Part shown: positions 40,669 through 50,670 of the stretch, piece by piece
Position numbering within the stretch: the first letter of the stretch is position 1
Layout: each line of letters begins with the position of its first letter
Assembly (NCBI GenBank): GCA_964455675.1
Contig: CAYVYK010000010.1
Span: forward strand, 1 to 64,000
DNA from: an uncultured Methanosarcinales archaeon
GTDB taxonomy: Archaea > Nanobdellota > Nanobdellia > Woesearchaeales > CAYVYK01
Reading direction: 5' to 3'
Length of the DNA: 64,000 bases
The notes under the pieces: generated by a model
The model's input: only the letters and a program-made list of their open reading frames with translations
What the model was told of the DNA's origin: nothing
Database searches by the model: none
Translations under genes and position numbers: made by a program

Positions 40669-40800
40669 TCAATCCAGGAAGTCGAATCGATCACGGCTTC
40701 CCGCTCTTATATCAAGTTCACAGGGTCTGCAGAGGTTATTGTACCTCCGGCTACTCTTATGGATGAGGTTTCCGCAGCTTGTGCATGTACTCCGTTTCAC
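40669..40800 (-). CDS. 43-aa zinc-finger microprotein
   Basis: MKRSTCTSCGNLIHKSSRRYNNLCRPCELDIRAGSRDRFDFLD*; GTGA overlap with upstream gene. Confidence 0.7.
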   Translation of the reverse strand: MKRSTCTSCGNLIHKSSRRYNNLCRPCELDIRAGSRDRFDFLD

Positions 40801-41024
40801 ACTAGCACGTCCTGTACTCGCTTTACTCCTTGGATACTCTTTATCTGCTCACGCAGGAATTCTCGGAATCTCCGTTGGCTGTCAGTGATGACGCGGGCAA
40901 GGATTGCTGGTTTTCCTCGGAGGAGCTGAGTCTCCTGGACTACTCCTTCAAACTCGGAGAGTCTCATCCCTACTTTTTCCAAAGCTTCCGGTTCCGTTTC
41001 TATCACCATATACGAATGGTACAT
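40797..41024 (-). CDS. Stand-alone Lrp/AsnC ligand-binding domain protein
   Basis: SYMVIETEP..GV..LLRG..ILARV..IKSIQGV. Confidence 0.8.
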   Translation of the reverse strand: MYHSYMVIETEPEALEKVGMRLSEFEGVVQETQLLRGKPAILARVITDSQRRFREFLREQIKSIQGVKRVQDVLV

Positions 41025-41027
41025 TGT

Positions 41028-41192
41028 TCATTCCTCACGTTGGCTGTCATATCTCATGCCGCATGATGGGCAAACGTAATATGTTGGACCTACCTGGTCC
41101 ATCTTGCAAAGGCAGTAACCGCAGTACACTGGGTGTTCGTCCAGGATGATTCCGCCCATTTCCCGTTCGATCTCATAGTCACCGTCTGGCAT
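41028..41192 (-). CDS. 54-aa zinc-ribbon microprotein
   Basis: CGYC..CPSCG. Confidence 0.7.
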   Translation of the reverse strand: MPDGDYEIEREMGGIILDEHPVYCGYCLCKMDQVGPTYYVCPSCGMRYDSQREE

Positions 41193-41340
41193 TGCGCCCC
41201 ACCCCGTATGAGGTGAGCTTTTGTTGAACTGCGCGCGCTGCAACACTGACAAGTCGTACTCTCCATTCGTGTGGCCATTCCTGAGGTGGCTCTTCACGCC
41301 ACCGAAGTCTATCCATCACGCGGTATTGTACATCTCGCAT
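41179..41340 (-). CDS. 53-aa hypothetical microprotein
   Basis: GGAGG RBS; MRDVQYRVMDRLRW...; overlaps the next start. Confidence 0.5.
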   Translation of the reverse strand: MRDVQYRVMDRLRWREEPPQEWPHEWRVRLVSVAARAVQQKLTSYGVGRNARR

Positions 41341-41553
41341 GCGCGCCCTCCGGGGTCCCAGCTGCTCTTGCTGAGATTGATAACTACCCCCTCAATGGAT
41401 ATAGTAGTTGGAGCATTGATATATAATTAATCATTATATTTTATTAAGATTATATAGTTATTAGTAACTAATACGAATTACGAAATTTATAAGGAATTAC
41501 AAGGTTTTTGGAAACGTTTATATACCAATGAATATTGAGGTTCTATCTGTGGG

Positions 41554-42480
41554 GTGTTGAAGATTAAACGCAAAGTAATCCAGATTGCCGAATCCACGCA
41601 GCTTATTAGCCTACCAAGGAAGTGGGCGAAAGCAAATAACATCAACCGTGGCGATGAGCTTGATGTGGTTATTGATGGTAATAAGCTGACGATTAATACT
41701 GATAAGGAGAAAGTGAGAAGGGTATCCTCCGTCCGCGCTGAGGATTATCCAAATATCATGCCTAGGGTAGTATCCGCGTTCTACCGTCTGGGTTATGATG
41801 AGGTTGAGATTGAGTACAACAATCCAAGTGTTGTAGCTCCTCTTCTCGAGATTTTAACAGAGTTTTTTCCAGGGTATGAGGTTCTAAGCCAGTCCGAGAA
41901 GCGGATGGTCATTAAGGATATCCAGTATGATGTGGAAAATGAGTTTGACAATGTCCTTCGGAGGCTTCTCATGGTTACTGTCTCCATGGGGGAAAATATC
42001 CTTGAGTGCATGAAGAATTTCAATGAGACACGTGTATTGAATGTGCTATCCATGGAGAACACGAACAATCGACTCGCAAATTACTGCATAAGGAATGTTA
42101 TCAATCGAGGTCAGAAGGAGCACACAAGAATGCCTTTCTATGTCCTCTTCGTGTGGGAGCTTGAGAAGATCGGTGATGAGTTTAAGTACATCGGCCAGTA
42201 CATGATTCGTGAGGACGTAAAGAGCCTTAAGATATCTCCTGCGACGATTACCCTCTTTGAGCAGCTCGTAGAAATGTTCAAGATGCTCGTCGATGCCTAC
42301 TACCGGATGGATCCTGACAAGCTTGATAAGATTCATATGAAGAGGAAAGAGATTATTGAGGAAGGATTGCGTTTGCTTGAGTCATCTCAAAAGAAGGACC
42401 GAAAGATCGTGCATAACATTATTGTGACTTCTCAGAAGCTAGCGAATATGTCGGGCGTATATATGGGGATCGCATTCTGA
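41554..42480 (+). CDS. AbrB-PhoU family regulator
   Basis: RKVIQIAESTQLISLPRKW, GYDE, LEKIGD. Confidence 0.9.
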   Translation: MLKIKRKVIQIAESTQLISLPRKWAKANNINRGDELDVVIDGNKLTINTDKEKVRRVSSVRAEDYPNIMPRVVSAFYRLGYDEVEIEYNNPSVVAPLLEILTEFFPGYEVLSQSEKRMVIKDIQYDVENEFDNVLRRLLMVTVSMGENILECMKNFNETRVLNVLSMENTNNRLANYCIRNVINRGQKEHTRMPFYVLFVWELEKIGDEFKYIGQYMIREDVKSLKISPATITLFEQLVEMFKMLVDAYYRMDPDKLDKIHMKRKEIIEEGLRLLESSQKKDRKIVHNIIVTSQKLANMSGVYMGIAF

Positions 42481-44997
42481 ACGGGCTTCCATCAGCGACG
42501 CCTGCATGAGGTAGCTGTCAAGTGTGGAAAGTGCATTTGCAACCTCTGCCCGCCTCGTTAGGTCAACGTCATATAGGTCGTTCAGTGACTGGAGTGCAAC
42601 GTCCATGGTGGTATGGGATATGTCCCAGAGTCGTTTCTCGATCGGCCTGAGGAGTGCTGATCGCTGCTTGGGATCGACCTGCATGGGGCTTTCGAGGGGA
42701 TTTGTCATTGCCTGCAGATGTGATGTTCCAAGAAGATGCCCAATGAACCGTAAAGCTTTGAAGAATTGAAATGCAGTGTAGGCGTCTCGCTGCGCTTCAG
42801 GACTGCTGTTCTCAACTTGTTTTGTTTGGAGCGTCCCAGCGTATCCTGCGAGTTCATGGATATAAGATCTGATGTAGTCGCGTCCAGCATCGCGCATGCC
42901 AGGGTCATTCGCGAACGGCTCGCGCTGCATAAGGTACTCATTCGCAAGTCTCATCGTGCGATCAAGAACGTCGGGGAGCGCAGCGTAGAGTTCCCTTCCT
43001 GCGAGCGGTTGAAACCCGTCCTTGAGGAGCGGGCCAAGCTCACGCATCCATGGACGCTCCCGGACATCATGGTCAATCTCTGCCATGAGGAACTTGTGCA
43101 TATCGGTAAGTGCTTCGTTGACGATATGATTATATTGCTGAATGGCAGTATTGTACTGCTCCACCGCAGAATCAAGGAGTGTGAGTTCGTCTTCTCGTGA
43201 AAGCAGCCGTCCTGCTCCGAACATGTTTCCAATGGTCAGTAGAGAAACCATTTCAAAGGAGATTGGTGTTGCCCGTAGGTTCCCAAGGTCAAAGAGTGTA
43301 ATTCCTCCATCGTCGTCGAATGCCATGTTTCCCGGAAACGCATCGATGCCGGGGTGTTTTGCCAAGTTCTGATACCTTTCCCTGACTGCTTGTTCAATGA
43401 GGGGTAGCTCTCCATTGAGGTAGAAAAAGATTTTGTGGATCTCATCTGTTTCTGGTCCGTTAAAAGGATAGAACGCGAGCGGCAGTGCGATTTCGCGAAG
43501 TGCTCCCTTCCACGTCTGGTTGACGTATGCGCTGATATCATCCGCTTGGCCTTGAATTGTTGGGTACGCTGCAGGGAGCGCTGCATTGAACTGCATCACC
43601 GCTTTGCAGAGTTCGTGGAGTTTTTGTATGCCAATGTCGGTTCCCGCTTGGCTTTGCGTAAAGAGGTACCGAAAGGCGTCGGGCCCTGCTTCCTTTGTAA
43701 CAAGGTATCCAAGGTCCCCTTCATTGAAATGGAGGTTCACATTGACAACGTTCCATGTGGGTTCACCGTCGATGCCTCTGGTGTGGAGATCTTGGACTCT
43801 TCGCCTAATCCTGGACTGGGTGAGGAGCAGATCTCGAAGTTCAGACACTTCCTGTCGCGGTCCTTTTCGAACATAGAGATTTCGCCCCCGACCGTGTGCA
43901 GGAGTCCTGATTTTTGTGACTCCATCCCGTGAGAGCGTGGTTGAATATAGGCCGGTTGCGAGGAGTCGCATGAGATTGAGGTGGCCCACTTCACTGTAGA
44001 CAATATCCTGTCGCAGTTTTTCCGAGAATGTCGGCGGCTGCGCTGCGCTTCTTCCGTTGCCCCGAATATTTTCTGGTGAAATGGCTTCCGCAAATACGGT
44101 GAACGCTTGGCACCGCACCATATCCAGGCCGTGGACCTGTTCGTCAAGGTGCTGAATGATAAGAGGGTACCTTACGGACTTTTTTGGGTCAACGTACGTT
44201 GTCAGGGATTCAAGTGGATGGGATGAGAAGTTTCGCATGGGTCCCTTTTGGTCGTCGGCGCCGATGTGCACGACGGGAAGCCAGGAGTGCGCCTGGTAGA
44301 GTTGATCGAGCATGGCGTCATCCATTGTCTGGACTGCTGCGTCGGTTAGGAGAAGAACATCAAATCCGTGTTCATGCACTGCGGGCGCGTGGCGCAGCAT
44401 CTCGATCGCTTCCTTGACGCTCCTGACTGTCAAAGTCTCGTATCCGTAGGGATTGCATACCTTGGGGATGGCATCAGCGAGTTCTTCCTCAGGTGCCGCG
44501 ATGAGTGCAATCCTGTATGATCCGTGCGATAGGATGTGGTTGATCTTGGGGAGTGCAGTGTTCACAATGCTCACGACGTGCGAGCGAGAATTTTGGTGTT
44601 TCTTGTACGGGTGCCGTAAAGGGTATGTGAGCGCAAGAACTCCGTGCTGCGCATGCTCGCTCGTGTCGATAGGGAAGAGATGCGCTCGACGTCCTTGGAA
44701 TACCGGATGGTACCATCCTGCAGGTGTCACGCGCACTTCGCGGGCGTGCTGTATGATACGATATCCAAGCGGTGTGTCTGCTGCTTGGTAGCACGGCTGG
44801 GGTGGCGACCCACGTGGTGGATAGAAAAGCTGTACAGGTGTGTCGACGGCATCAAGAGTTGTTGACGCGCGGACAATGAGCGGAAGAGTTTCTTCATCAC
44901 GACGGGCTGAGAGGATGCTGATTGATGGCGCTGTCTGGACAACACTGCCTATCTGCTCTGCCAAATCCCTGACTATAGATTCAAGTTCTGCCCTCAT
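42439..44997 (-). CDS. Large multidomain protein with receiver-like and APH/kinase-like domains
   Basis: Receiver-like 'VRSVKEAIEML..FDVLLL..LPVV'; 'DAFPGNM..LFDLG'. Confidence 0.6.
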   Translation of the reverse strand: MRAELESIVRDLAEQIGSVVQTAPSISILSARRDEETLPLIVRASTTLDAVDTPVQLFYPPRGSPPQPCYQAADTPLGYRIIQHAREVRVTPAGWYHPVFQGRRAHLFPIDTSEHAQHGVLALTYPLRHPYKKHQNSRSHVVSIVNTALPKINHILSHGSYRIALIAAPEEELADAIPKVCNPYGYETLTVRSVKEAIEMLRHAPAVHEHGFDVLLLTDAAVQTMDDAMLDQLYQAHSWLPVVHIGADDQKGPMRNFSSHPLESLTTYVDPKKSVRYPLIIQHLDEQVHGLDMVRCQAFTVFAEAISPENIRGNGRSAAQPPTFSEKLRQDIVYSEVGHLNLMRLLATGLYSTTLSRDGVTKIRTPAHGRGRNLYVRKGPRQEVSELRDLLLTQSRIRRRVQDLHTRGIDGEPTWNVVNVNLHFNEGDLGYLVTKEAGPDAFRYLFTQSQAGTDIGIQKLHELCKAVMQFNAALPAAYPTIQGQADDISAYVNQTWKGALREIALPLAFYPFNGPETDEIHKIFFYLNGELPLIEQAVRERYQNLAKHPGIDAFPGNMAFDDDGGITLFDLGNLRATPISFEMVSLLTIGNMFGAGRLLSREDELTLLDSAVEQYNTAIQQYNHIVNEALTDMHKFLMAEIDHDVRERPWMRELGPLLKDGFQPLAGRELYAALPDVLDRTMRLANEYLMQREPFANDPGMRDAGRDYIRSYIHELAGYAGTLQTKQVENSSPEAQRDAYTAFQFFKALRFIGHLLGTSHLQAMTNPLESPMQVDPKQRSALLRPIEKRLWDISHTTMDVALQSLNDLYDVDLTRRAEVANALSTLDSYLMQASLMEARSECDPHIYARHIR

Positions 44998-45126
44998 GGT
45001 TCTCAGGCTAGAGCGGACTATCTGCGCGTAGGTGTCTCACTCTGTGCCCATCACCCAACATTCAGTAATTTACCATTGTAAAGGTGTGAATCATATATAA
45101 ATCTAACGTAGAATTTGTGTCGCTCA

Positions 45127-45375
45127 ATGCCAAGATCGAATCGTGCATCCTGGACTGGAGTGTGGAGTGTGCGCGTGGTTTTGAAGAGTGGCGAGTGCGA
45201 GATACTCTCGTTTGATGAGGGTTCGCGCGAGATGGTTGTCCATCTGTCCGAACCGCCAATGGATGGACGAGCGAATATGGAACTCTTGAAACTGCTTTCT
45301 CGAGAGTCAGGCACAAAGGTGCGGCTAAAGAGAGGTCACACATCAAGAACGAAGATTGTGGAATTCTTGCGGTAA
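45127..45375 (+). CDS. DUF167 family protein
   Basis: PPMDGRANMELLKLL..G.TSR.K. Confidence 0.85.
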   Translation: MPRSNRASWTGVWSVRVVLKSGECEILSFDEGSREMVVHLSEPPMDGRANMELLKLLSRESGTKVRLKRGHTSRTKIVEFLR

Positions 45376-45418
45376 TTCTGATGATAGGGATATTAAGCTC
45401 CGCGTTCATGAATCAATC

Positions 45419-45682
45419 ATGAGTGATGTTGTGCTGCTTGTGATCGTAAATGGCCGCCTGCTCAAGTTTTCTGAGCATTATCATACTGTACGGAAGATAC
45501 TGTACAAACAAACGATGTGCGCGTCAAAAGTTCCAAGGAAGGATGCGGACGAATCCATCCCTGGCGAATGCCTCCCGTATATCCTTTTAGATTGTGATAG
45601 TAGACTCTTAGTAAACGCTCAGACAGTATTTGCTCTTGATGATGCGCTACGCAAGGAATGGATGGTATTGGATTGTATTTAG
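45419..45682 (+). CDS. Hypothetical protein
   Basis: Short ORF filling the intergenic space. Confidence 0.45.
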   Translation: MSDVVLLVIVNGRLLKFSEHYHTVRKILYKQTMCASKVPRKDADESIPGECLPYILLDCDSRLLVNAQTVFALDDALRKEWMVLDCI

Positions 45683-46419
45683 TCAAATCCATGTAATGAG
45701 GTCTGGTGTTTGTCGAATCGCTCCCGATAGTTTGGAGGCTGTACCGATATATGGGTAAAGCCCCACCGTTCCAGCATGCGTTTTGCGTTTGCCGTGATTG
45801 TGGGACTTGCGAGAATTCCACGGACGTTCGTGATTCCCTTTGACTCCTGCACTTTTTCCACATACCTTCGAAGTTGGGACACAGCAGCTAGGTCCGCACT
45901 GTATCGCTTGCATTCAACGATCGTGAGGTTTCTTTTCAGGTCGTATCCCATAAGATCGACAAATCCGTACGCGGTCTGCTCTTCTCTCTTTACGGGCGTA
46001 AATCCTGGCTCCACCATCCCGGGATTATCGAAGAGCATCTGGCTCATGTCATCCTCAGTTCCCTTCACCTGGATGCTCTGGCCATCTTCAAGTGATGCAC
46101 TGTGGAAGAAGTGAACCTTTGTTATGCGTAGGTCCAGGTAGTCTTTGAGAGAAAGGTTTTGTGCGTTCACGAATAGTGTGCCGTCGTGGGTTCCGGCTGA
46201 GAACGTGGTCCCTTGCTTCATGTAATTCACAGGGTTTGTGCCCTCCGGCTGATGCACGAGAAGGTTGCCGTCCGACTTGATGAGGATGATGCGGTCTCCG
46301 CGAGGTAGGTAACTTTCCGCTTTTCCGCTGTACCATACTTCGCATGTGCATCCAAATACCATGCAACGGTTTGCTTTCGCCGCTTCTTCAAAGATGAGGA
46401 CGAAGTCGCCAAACTCCAT
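45679..46419 (-). CDS. nucS: Endonuclease NucS/EndoMS
   Basis: K.DG.LLVH..PVNY, GFVDL, VECKR, QLRRY. Confidence 0.95.
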   Translation of the reverse strand: MEFGDFVLIFEEAAKANRCMVFGCTCEVWYSGKAESYLPRGDRIILIKSDGNLLVHQPEGTNPVNYMKQGTTFSAGTHDGTLFVNAQNLSLKDYLDLRITKVHFFHSASLEDGQSIQVKGTEDDMSQMLFDNPGMVEPGFTPVKREEQTAYGFVDLMGYDLKRNLTIVECKRYSADLAAVSQLRRYVEKVQESKGITNVRGILASPTITANAKRMLERWGFTHISVQPPNYRERFDKHQTSLHGFD

Positions 46420-46480
46420 GGATCAAGGAAGGTAGAGCAGATTAATAAATGTTGGGACAAGAACCTTTTTATAATTCCAG

Positions 46481-46942
46481 ATGATCATGCTCACCATGCG
46501 AGTGCTATCAATGCTCACCTGGACGCTAGTGGTGACTTGTATGCTTGTTCTTGGTTGCACTGAGGGGACAAAACCGCAGCCCTACAGTTACTCATATGAT
46601 TATAGTGACGTCGTGCCAAAAGATACCGCAACACCCGTTCCTGACGTGCTCATAGGTACTGATAACTCAGAAAGCCTGAAGTCACGCCTTGATTTTGAGA
46701 TGAGCGCGATGCTCAAACGAGGATGCCATGATGATCTGGACTGTTTCGCCGGCAGTAGTTTCTGCTACAATCTGAATCTTTTTGGCGATGGAAAGATCGA
46801 CTTGAATGAAGACCCGTTATGCACTGAGGTCCGCCCGCACGAGTGGCTGTGTTACACAGAAGGGGAGTATAATGATTGCAGTTGTGAGAGAATGGTATGC
46901 GAAACGCAGTTCTGCGAGAATGGACGCTGTTCGTGGTACTAG
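46481..46942 (+). CDS. Cys-rich secreted/lipoprotein
   Basis: LVLGC lipobox-like sequence; many Cys. Confidence 0.65.
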   Translation: MIMLTMRVLSMLTWTLVVTCMLVLGCTEGTKPQPYSYSYDYSDVVPKDTATPVPDVLIGTDNSESLKSRLDFEMSAMLKRGCHDDLDCFAGSSFCYNLNLFGDGKIDLNEDPLCTEVRPHEWLCYTEGEYNDCSCERMVCETQFCENGRCSWY

Positions 46943-48267
46943 TCGCGTATAATCCGAAGGACTTCATCGCGCTTCTGTTCCATGATCTTCTGTGTTTTGC
47001 CTTCAACGTTCAGGCGAAGGAGTGGTTCTGTGTTTGATGGGCGCACATTGAATTTCCAGAGAGGATATTCCACGGATATTCCGTCGAGGTGATCAATGCT
47101 TCCATCGTGATACTGCCGTTCAAGCTTTTTTAGGATAGCATCTTTGTCGCGCACTTCTGAATTGATTTCCCCGCTCATGTGGTATTTCTTGCTGTCCTCG
47201 AGGAGCTTTGAGATCGCTCCCTGTTCTGATAAGAGCTCAAGTATGATTATCGCGGTGACCCATGCGCTGTCAAAGTACATGCTGTCCTTGTTGTAGTAGT
47301 AGTGCCCTGAGAGTTCTCCTGCGAATTTTGCATCGTTCTCTTTCATACTGTGCTTGATGAACGCGTGCCCCACTCTGCACTTCATACTTTTTCCTCCAAG
47401 GTCCGATACGGTGTCCTTGACGTACCAGCTTGAGCGCACATCATAGAGGATGGGGTGTTTTGGGTACTTTTCGACCATCGCTCGTGCAAGAAGTCCGGTG
47501 ACAAAATCCCCGGCAATGAACTCCCCGTGTTCATCGAGGAAGAAGCATCGGTCACAGTCGCCATCAATCGCGATCGCGACGTCCGCCTTCTTTTTGCGTG
47601 CGAGCGTCGTGATCTCTGCCCGTGCTTCAGGCAGAAGAGGGTTTGGGGCTGTGCTTGCGTATCTTTCTCCAACATCCCAGTGTACTGGAATGACTGTGCA
47701 GGGAAGGCGCTTGAAGAGTTCGGGGGCAATGACGCCTCCAGCTCCGTGCTGGGTATCAAAGATGATCGTGAGTTTTTTCAGTTTTCTCTCGTCGATGAAT
47801 CCAAGAACAAATTCGATGAAGTCAGGTAGGAGATTGATGCGTTCCCTGCTTCCTTTCTTTTTCGGTGGGAAGGAATTTTTCTGCACTAATCGTTCGATCT
47901 CGGGCATGCCGCTGAGTTCGCCGATGGGTTCAGCGTTCTTCCTGAACATTTTGAAGCCGTTGTAATTCCAGGGGTTATGCGATGCAGTGACGAGGACTCC
48001 GGCAGGAGCCTGTGTTTTCCAGCTTGCGAAGTATCCCATGTCCGTGCTGCACAGTCCCATGTCAAGCACATGGCATCCCGAGTCCATGAGCCCTTTGATG
48101 AACGATTCCTTGAGTTCCTCCGTGGATGTCCGTGCGTCCCCGCCGACGATAACGTCACTAGCCTTTGTAAATGCTGCAAACGCTCGTGCGATCGTGTACG
48201 CGACATCGGGATTAACCTCGCTAGGGTAAGTCCCTCGGATATCGTATGCTTTGAATATTCCTCCCAT
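46939..48267 (-). CDS. Phosphomannomutase/phosphoglucomutase
   Basis: FKAYDIRG, TASHNP, DGDCDR, GELSGH, RPSNTEP. Confidence 0.95.
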   Translation of the reverse strand: MGGIFKAYDIRGTYPSEVNPDVAYTIARAFAAFTKASDVIVGGDARTSTEELKESFIKGLMDSGCHVLDMGLCSTDMGYFASWKTQAPAGVLVTASHNPWNYNGFKMFRKNAEPIGELSGMPEIERLVQKNSFPPKKKGSRERINLLPDFIEFVLGFIDERKLKKLTIIFDTQHGAGGVIAPELFKRLPCTVIPVHWDVGERYASTAPNPLLPEARAEITTLARKKKADVAIAIDGDCDRCFFLDEHGEFIAGDFVTGLLARAMVEKYPKHPILYDVRSSWYVKDTVSDLGGKSMKCRVGHAFIKHSMKENDAKFAGELSGHYYYNKDSMYFDSAWVTAIIILELLSEQGAISKLLEDSKKYHMSGEINSEVRDKDAILKKLERQYHDGSIDHLDGISVEYPLWKFNVRPSNTEPLLRLNVEGKTQKIMEQKRDEVLRIIRD

Positions 48268-48379
48268 GCGAGAAAGAGGGCACACTCCAAGTTATTTAAA
48301 TCTTGTGAGGCAGACATGAATAGTATTCTGAATCGTAAGATATTTATTCTCAATTGGCCCACCTTATGCCTGATTAACC

Positions 48380-48838
48380 ATGCAATGCGACATGTGCGGG
48401 CACGATGCGCCTCTGCTTCTATTGACAAACGTGGAAGGTTCACATCTTTCCCTCTGTAAAGGCTGTGCGTCGTATGGCAAAGTCATAAAAGTGTTGAGGA
48501 GCCCGATTGAAGTATCAAAAAAGCAGGTGCAGAAGAAGGCTCTGCCGCAGCTTGTGGAGACAGTCATTGATGGATTTAATGAGCATATCAAGTCTGCGCG
48601 CGAAAAAATGGGATTAAAGCAGGAAGAGCTCGCAAAAAAGCTTAATGAGAAGGAGTCCCTCGTGCATGCGCTGGAGACAGGACATCATGTGCCGAATCTT
48701 GAACTCGCAAAAAAGCTTGAGCGTCACCTTTCGATCAGGATCACCGAGACTGTTGCTGAAGAGGCGGTCGTTCCTTCGGTGAAGAAGTCTGATAGTTACA
48801 CTCTTGGTGATTTTATAAAAATAAAAGAGAAGGATTAG
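48380..48838 (+). CDS. mbf1: Archaeal multiprotein bridging factor 1
   Basis: CDMCG..CKGC zinc ribbon, HTH, TLGD. Confidence 0.92.
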   Translation: MQCDMCGHDAPLLLLTNVEGSHLSLCKGCASYGKVIKVLRSPIEVSKKQVQKKALPQLVETVIDGFNEHIKSAREKMGLKQEELAKKLNEKESLVHALETGHHVPNLELAKKLERHLSIRITETVAEEAVVPSVKKSDSYTLGDFIKIKEKD

Positions 48839-49833
48839 TTCCTTCCTAGAAGTTTTACGGTTTCTACCATCCTTACCGAGAATCCCCACTCGTTATCATA
48901 CCATGCGAAGACTTTCGCTAGTCGTCCGCCGATGACTTTCGTGAGCTTTGAGTCAAAGATGGATGAGTGCGGATTACCGACGATGTCCTGCAGCACGAGA
49001 TCTTCGTCAGAGTACTCAAGGATGCCCCGAAGGTATCCTTCGGATGCTTCCTTCATCGCTGAGTTAATTTCCTGCACTGTGACATCGCGCTTGAGGAGCA
49101 CAGTGACATCTGTTATGCTTCCGCATGGTGTTGGCACCCTGATTGCAAGGCCGTCCATCTTCTTGTCAAGCTCCGGGATGACTTCTCCGATTGCTTTTGC
49201 GGCTCCCGTTGATGTTGGTATAATATTGATTGCTGCTGCGCGCGCTCGCCTTGGGTCTTTATGCGGCAGATCAAGTATGTTTTGGTCATTCGTGTAGGAG
49301 TGGATGGTTGTCATGAATCCATGCTCAATGCCAAATCTTTTCTGGAGCACGTCTACGACGGGCGCGAGGCTGTTTGTTGTGCAGCTGGCGTTTGACGCAA
49401 CGCTCGCTCCGCGCGCTTTGTCGTTGTTGACGCCGATAACGACCGTCGCGACAGGGTCTCCTTCTTTTGCGGGTGCCGAGATGAGCACTTTTCGCGCTCC
49501 TGCGCTGATATGCATTGATGCCTTGTCCTTTGATGTGAAGAGCCCTGTGCTCTCGACAACAACGTCCACGTTCATGTCTTTCCATGGCAATTTCGTCGGA
49601 TCCTTTTCTGAAAGGTGCTTGATGCATTTGCCGTTTACGATGAGGAATCCGTCTTTTGTCTCGACGCTTCCTCCAAACTTCTTGTGGATCGAGTCCCACT
49701 TGAAGAGATGCGCCATTGTTGAGAGATCTCCCAGGTCATTGACTGCAACCCATTCTATTTCAGGATCATTGATTCCTGCGCGGAGCATCATGCGTCCGAT
49801 GCGTCCAAAGCCGTTGATTGCTACTCGTACCAT
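48835..49833 (-). CDS. gap: Type I glyceraldehyde-3-phosphate dehydrogenase
   Basis: INGFGRIGR, SNASCTTN, WYDNEWG. Confidence 0.97.
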   Translation of the reverse strand: MVRVAINGFGRIGRMMLRAGINDPEIEWVAVNDLGDLSTMAHLFKWDSIHKKFGGSVETKDGFLIVNGKCIKHLSEKDPTKLPWKDMNVDVVVESTGLFTSKDKASMHISAGARKVLISAPAKEGDPVATVVIGVNNDKARGASVASNASCTTNSLAPVVDVLQKRFGIEHGFMTTIHSYTNDQNILDLPHKDPRRARAAAINIIPTSTGAAKAIGEVIPELDKKMDGLAIRVPTPCGSITDVTVLLKRDVTVQEINSAMKEASEGYLRGILEYSDEDLVLQDIVGNPHSSIFDSKLTKVIGGRLAKVFAWYDNEWGFSVRMVETVKLLGRN

Positions 49834-49837
49834 ATGT

Positions 49838-50662
49838 TCACCTCGTTTGTTCTATTGCAGTGTACAGATATATCCTCCCAAAGGAGAAGATGATGAGCGT
49901 GATGAGTGTCGTGATGATCGTGATTGCGTATGCGCGCGTTCCAGGCGTTATTTGAAGCCCTGCGGATACTGCTCGTAGAATGATAAGCCAGATGGCAAGC
50001 ACGATGACGACGAAGAGTCCTGGGATTATTCGTCTGTGGACTTTCTTTGTTCCGTCAATAAATGCATGCTTGAGTGAGTCAAAAACTCCGTGTTTGTTGA
50101 TGAAGTAGTAGTAGAGATTGTGCGTATAGTAGATGGCGATGAGGAGCACGATCCAGAAGAAGATGATGAATCCGCTTGGTGCGTTAAGGCCTGTACCCTG
50201 CGCACGCGCAAGCTGTGCGTATGCATAGAGTGGGATGATTGCGAGGGCAAATGGGATCGCAAGGATAAGGAACCACAGGAGATGCATGACGGTATATTTC
50301 CAGTACCTCCTCCAACTGAACACCTGAGCGCTCATGGATAGCCATATGAGGTATCTGCTCATGGTAAAGAGGAGGAATGGCACAATGATTGCAAGGATGA
50401 TGACGGCGAAGAACTGCACGAGAAACATTCTCATCTGTGATAGGTACTGCTCAGCAACCTGTTGTTCAGTTTCCAGGAATGAGTCGAGATTTGCGAGGAA
50501 TGAGAGCTGCTGCGATGAGATAAAAAGCCAGTAGAGAAGCGCGAGGATGATCGCCGCACTGATTCCATAAAAGAGGAGATCGTAGAGAGTGATGAGCAGC
50601 AATCGGTAGTCAGTGTTCTTCCATGCTGATCTGATGATTGTGTGTTGTTCTTTCCAGTACAT
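49838..50662 (-). CDS. Multi-pass membrane protein
   Basis: About 6 TM segments. Confidence 0.75.
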   Translation of the reverse strand: MYWKEQHTIIRSAWKNTDYRLLLITLYDLLFYGISAAIILALLYWLFISSQQLSFLANLDSFLETEQQVAEQYLSQMRMFLVQFFAVIILAIIVPFLLFTMSRYLIWLSMSAQVFSWRRYWKYTVMHLLWFLILAIPFALAIIPLYAYAQLARAQGTGLNAPSGFIIFFWIVLLIAIYYTHNLYYYFINKHGVFDSLKHAFIDGTKKVHRRIIPGLFVVIVLAIWLIILRAVSAGLQITPGTRAYAITIITTLITLIIFSFGRIYLYTAIEQTR

Positions 50663-50670
50663 GATGCACC

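Noticed and set aside
41028..41400. In-frame TGA readthrough (recoding) upstream of the zinc-ribbon ORF
   Set aside because: Better explained by two separate small ORFs with their own starts; other genes in the window end normally at TGA.
48835..49833. Bacterial-type GAPDH as a sign of contamination or novelty
   Set aside because: It overlaps archaeal mbf1 on the same contig, and type I GAPDH occurs in some archaea.
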